From an uncultured Chloroflexia bacterium (GTDB taxonomy: Bacteria > Chloroflexota > Limnocylindria > Limnocylindrales > CSP1-4), in the NCBI GenBank assembly GCA_963825545.1, contig CAWGTR010000013.1, positions 31,660 to 95,659 on the forward strand: a DNA stretch of 64,000 nt, written 5' to 3'. The translations under genes and the position numbers were made by a program. Below, one piece after another: positions 62,869 to 64,000 of this stretch. Positions within the stretch are counted from its first letter, which is position 1. Each line of letters begins with the position of its first letter. Below the pieces are notes generated by a model. That model was not told the origin of the DNA, did not search any database, and worked only from the letters and a program-made list of their open reading frames with translations.

Positions 62869-64000
62869 TTACAGGCCGAGGGTTGTCGAGCCCGGGTCGC
62901 CGTCACCGGATGCCGCCGACCGCGGTTCGATCGATCCGCCGGGCGCCGGGCCGGTGACATCGTCCGGAGCGGCGTCCGACGCTCCGCCACGAGTGTCCGA
63001 CACGCGCCGCATCGTTCGCGTCGCGCGACCGGCGATCCGATCCCCCGTCGTGCGCGCCCGCTGCAACCGCGCATTGGCCGCGTCGGAGCCGACGAAGCGC
63101 ACGGCGATCGCGGTGGTGATCGGGACGGTGAGCACGATCCCGATGCTGCCCACGAGCGTCCGGACGACCTCGACCGCGATGATCTCCTCGTTGAGCGGGA
63201 ACCCGAGGCCGCGGACCTGGATCGAGAACAGGACGAGCAGCGGCAGCGCCGAGCCGAGATACGCGAACACGAGCGTGTTCACCGTCGCCCCGAGGTGGGC
63301 GATCCCGACGTTCATCGTCCGCCCGAACAGTGCCCGGCGACCGATCGTTGGATCCACGGCGCGAATCTCCTCGACGGTCGCCGCCTGGCTGATGGCGACG
63401 TCGTTCAGCACCCCCAGGCCGCCGAACACGACGCCGGCCAGCAGCAGGCCGGACAGGTCGATCGTGTTCCCCGCCAGCTGGCCGATGGCCAGCACCTCCT
63501 CCGAGCCCTGGGCTGGGGTGAACCGGGCCAGCTCCGTCACGACGGCTGCGAGCACGCCGGTGATGAGCAGCCCGGCCATCGTCCCGGTGATCGCCGACGC
63601 CGTGGTCCGGGTGAGGCCCTGGGTGAGCACGAACGACACAATCGTGACCGTCACGCCGAGCCCGATCGCCAGGACGAGCGGGTTCCAGCCGGCGAGCAGG
63701 AGCGGGATCAGCACGCGGATCGCCAGGACGAGGGACAGACCCAGCGCAACCAGCGAGCGGAGGCCGCGCCAGCCGGCCACGCCGATCGTCACGAGCGCGA
63801 ACAGCAGGGCCAGGCCGCCGATCAGCGGCAGGCGCCAGCGGTCGATGACCGAGAACGAGATCGTGCCGTCCGGCTGCGTGTCGATCGCCACGACGACCTC
63901 GTCGCCGGCGCCGTAGTCGGGCAGCTGCAGGCTGCCCGGACGGCCCCTCGAGGTCGGCCGTTTCCTGCTCGCCGCGCCGGGGACCCTCGAGGAACTCGAC
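62869..64000 (-). CDS. YibE/F-family membrane protein, 5' end outside the window, possible frame break near 63940-63950
   Basis: Multiple TM segments (LNDVAISQA, NTLVFAYLG) typical of YibE/F. Upstream of 63891 the frame stays open. A better-looking N-terminal segment (VEFLEGPRRGEQETADLEG) is in another frame. Confidence 0.7.
   Translation of the reverse strand, partial: SSSSRVPGAASRKRPTSRGRPGSLQLPDYGAGDEVVVAIDTQPDGTISFSVIDRWRLPLIGGLALLFALVTIGVAGWRGLRSLVALGLSLVLAIRVLIPLLLAGWNPLVLAIGLGVTVTIVSFVLTQGLTRTTASAITGTMAGLLITGVLAAVVTELARFTPAQGSEEVLAIGQLAGNTIDLSGLLLAGVVFGGLGVLNDVAISQAATVEEIRAVDPTIGRRALFGRTMNVGIAHLGATVNTLVFAYLGSALPLLVLFSIQVRGLGFPLNEEIIAVEVVRTLVGSIGIVLTVPITTAIAVRFVGSDAANARLQRARTTGDRIAGRATRTMRRVSDTRGGASDAAPDDVTGPAPGGSIEPRSAASGDGDPGSTTLGL

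Noticed and set aside
1-64000. Looked for a prophage, IS element, integrase, toxin-antitoxin pair, restriction-modification system or known defence-island signatures
   Set aside because: I recognised no transposase, integrase, phage structural, methylase-endonuclease or TA-like genes in any frame. The window looks like core chromosome, with the nurA-herA-sbcDC operon as the only nuclease-rich module.

Overview
High-GC (roughly 70% or more by eye) chromosomal segment. It fits an Actinomycetota-type genome best: a DinB/mycothiol-type domain protein, the MSMEG_4193-type phosphomutase + DUF3090 + SCO1664-family trio, and many leaderless-looking gene starts. I count about 60 densely packed protein-coding genes, many joined by 4-nt start/stop overlaps (ATGA/GTGA). 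I recognised no rRNA, tRNA, CRISPR array, transposase or integrase.

Main blocks, in order:
- 1-4953: two paralogous small proteins around a YbaK-type deacylase, an orphan HypC, a secreted beta-propeller, and a protein whose C-terminus is a second HypC-like domain.
- 4985-11225: Dps, DinB-like, VOC, YceI, M14 carboxypeptidase, class-V aminotransferase.
- 11245-17825: a tightly coupled nurA-herA-sbcD-sbcC operon.
- 17961-25985: GAF-GGDEF cyclase, then a six-gene MacA/MacB-type efflux + Gly-rich protein + OmpR/HK operon.
- 26185-28969: NOX/FRD-type reductase + FMN-binding protein + ApbE.
- 28997-37195: GlcD-like oxidase, tandem HtrA-like proteases, HxlR regulator, intradiol dioxygenase-like protein, polysaccharide-lyase-like protein.
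- 37326-40287: ECF sigma / anti-sigma fused to a TolB-like propeller / second propeller.
- 40348-49121: acyl-CoA synthetase, DrrAB-type ABC exporter, cytochrome c-CopCD-YcnI-like copper cluster, thermonuclease.
- 49167-53027: the phosphomutase/DUF3090/SCO1664 trio, split by a second, paralogous ECF sigma/anti-sigma cassette.
- 53131-64000: FGGY kinase + AgpS-like oxidase, methyltransferase, DEAD-box helicase, UvrD2-like helicase with HRDC, YibE/F protein.

The most striking cross-cutting signal is at least nine reading-frame breaks in seven otherwise intact genes. Several, though not all, sit at short G/C runs. This suggests consensus indel errors, but real decay cannot be excluded from the sequence alone.

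The best candidates for under-described biology are the hydrogenase-less HypC / HypC-like-domain cluster, the four-gene nurA-herA-sbcDC operon with a deviant HerA P-loop, and the paralogous ECF cassettes with swapped sensor domains. All family assignments come from reading motifs by eye; no database search was possible.
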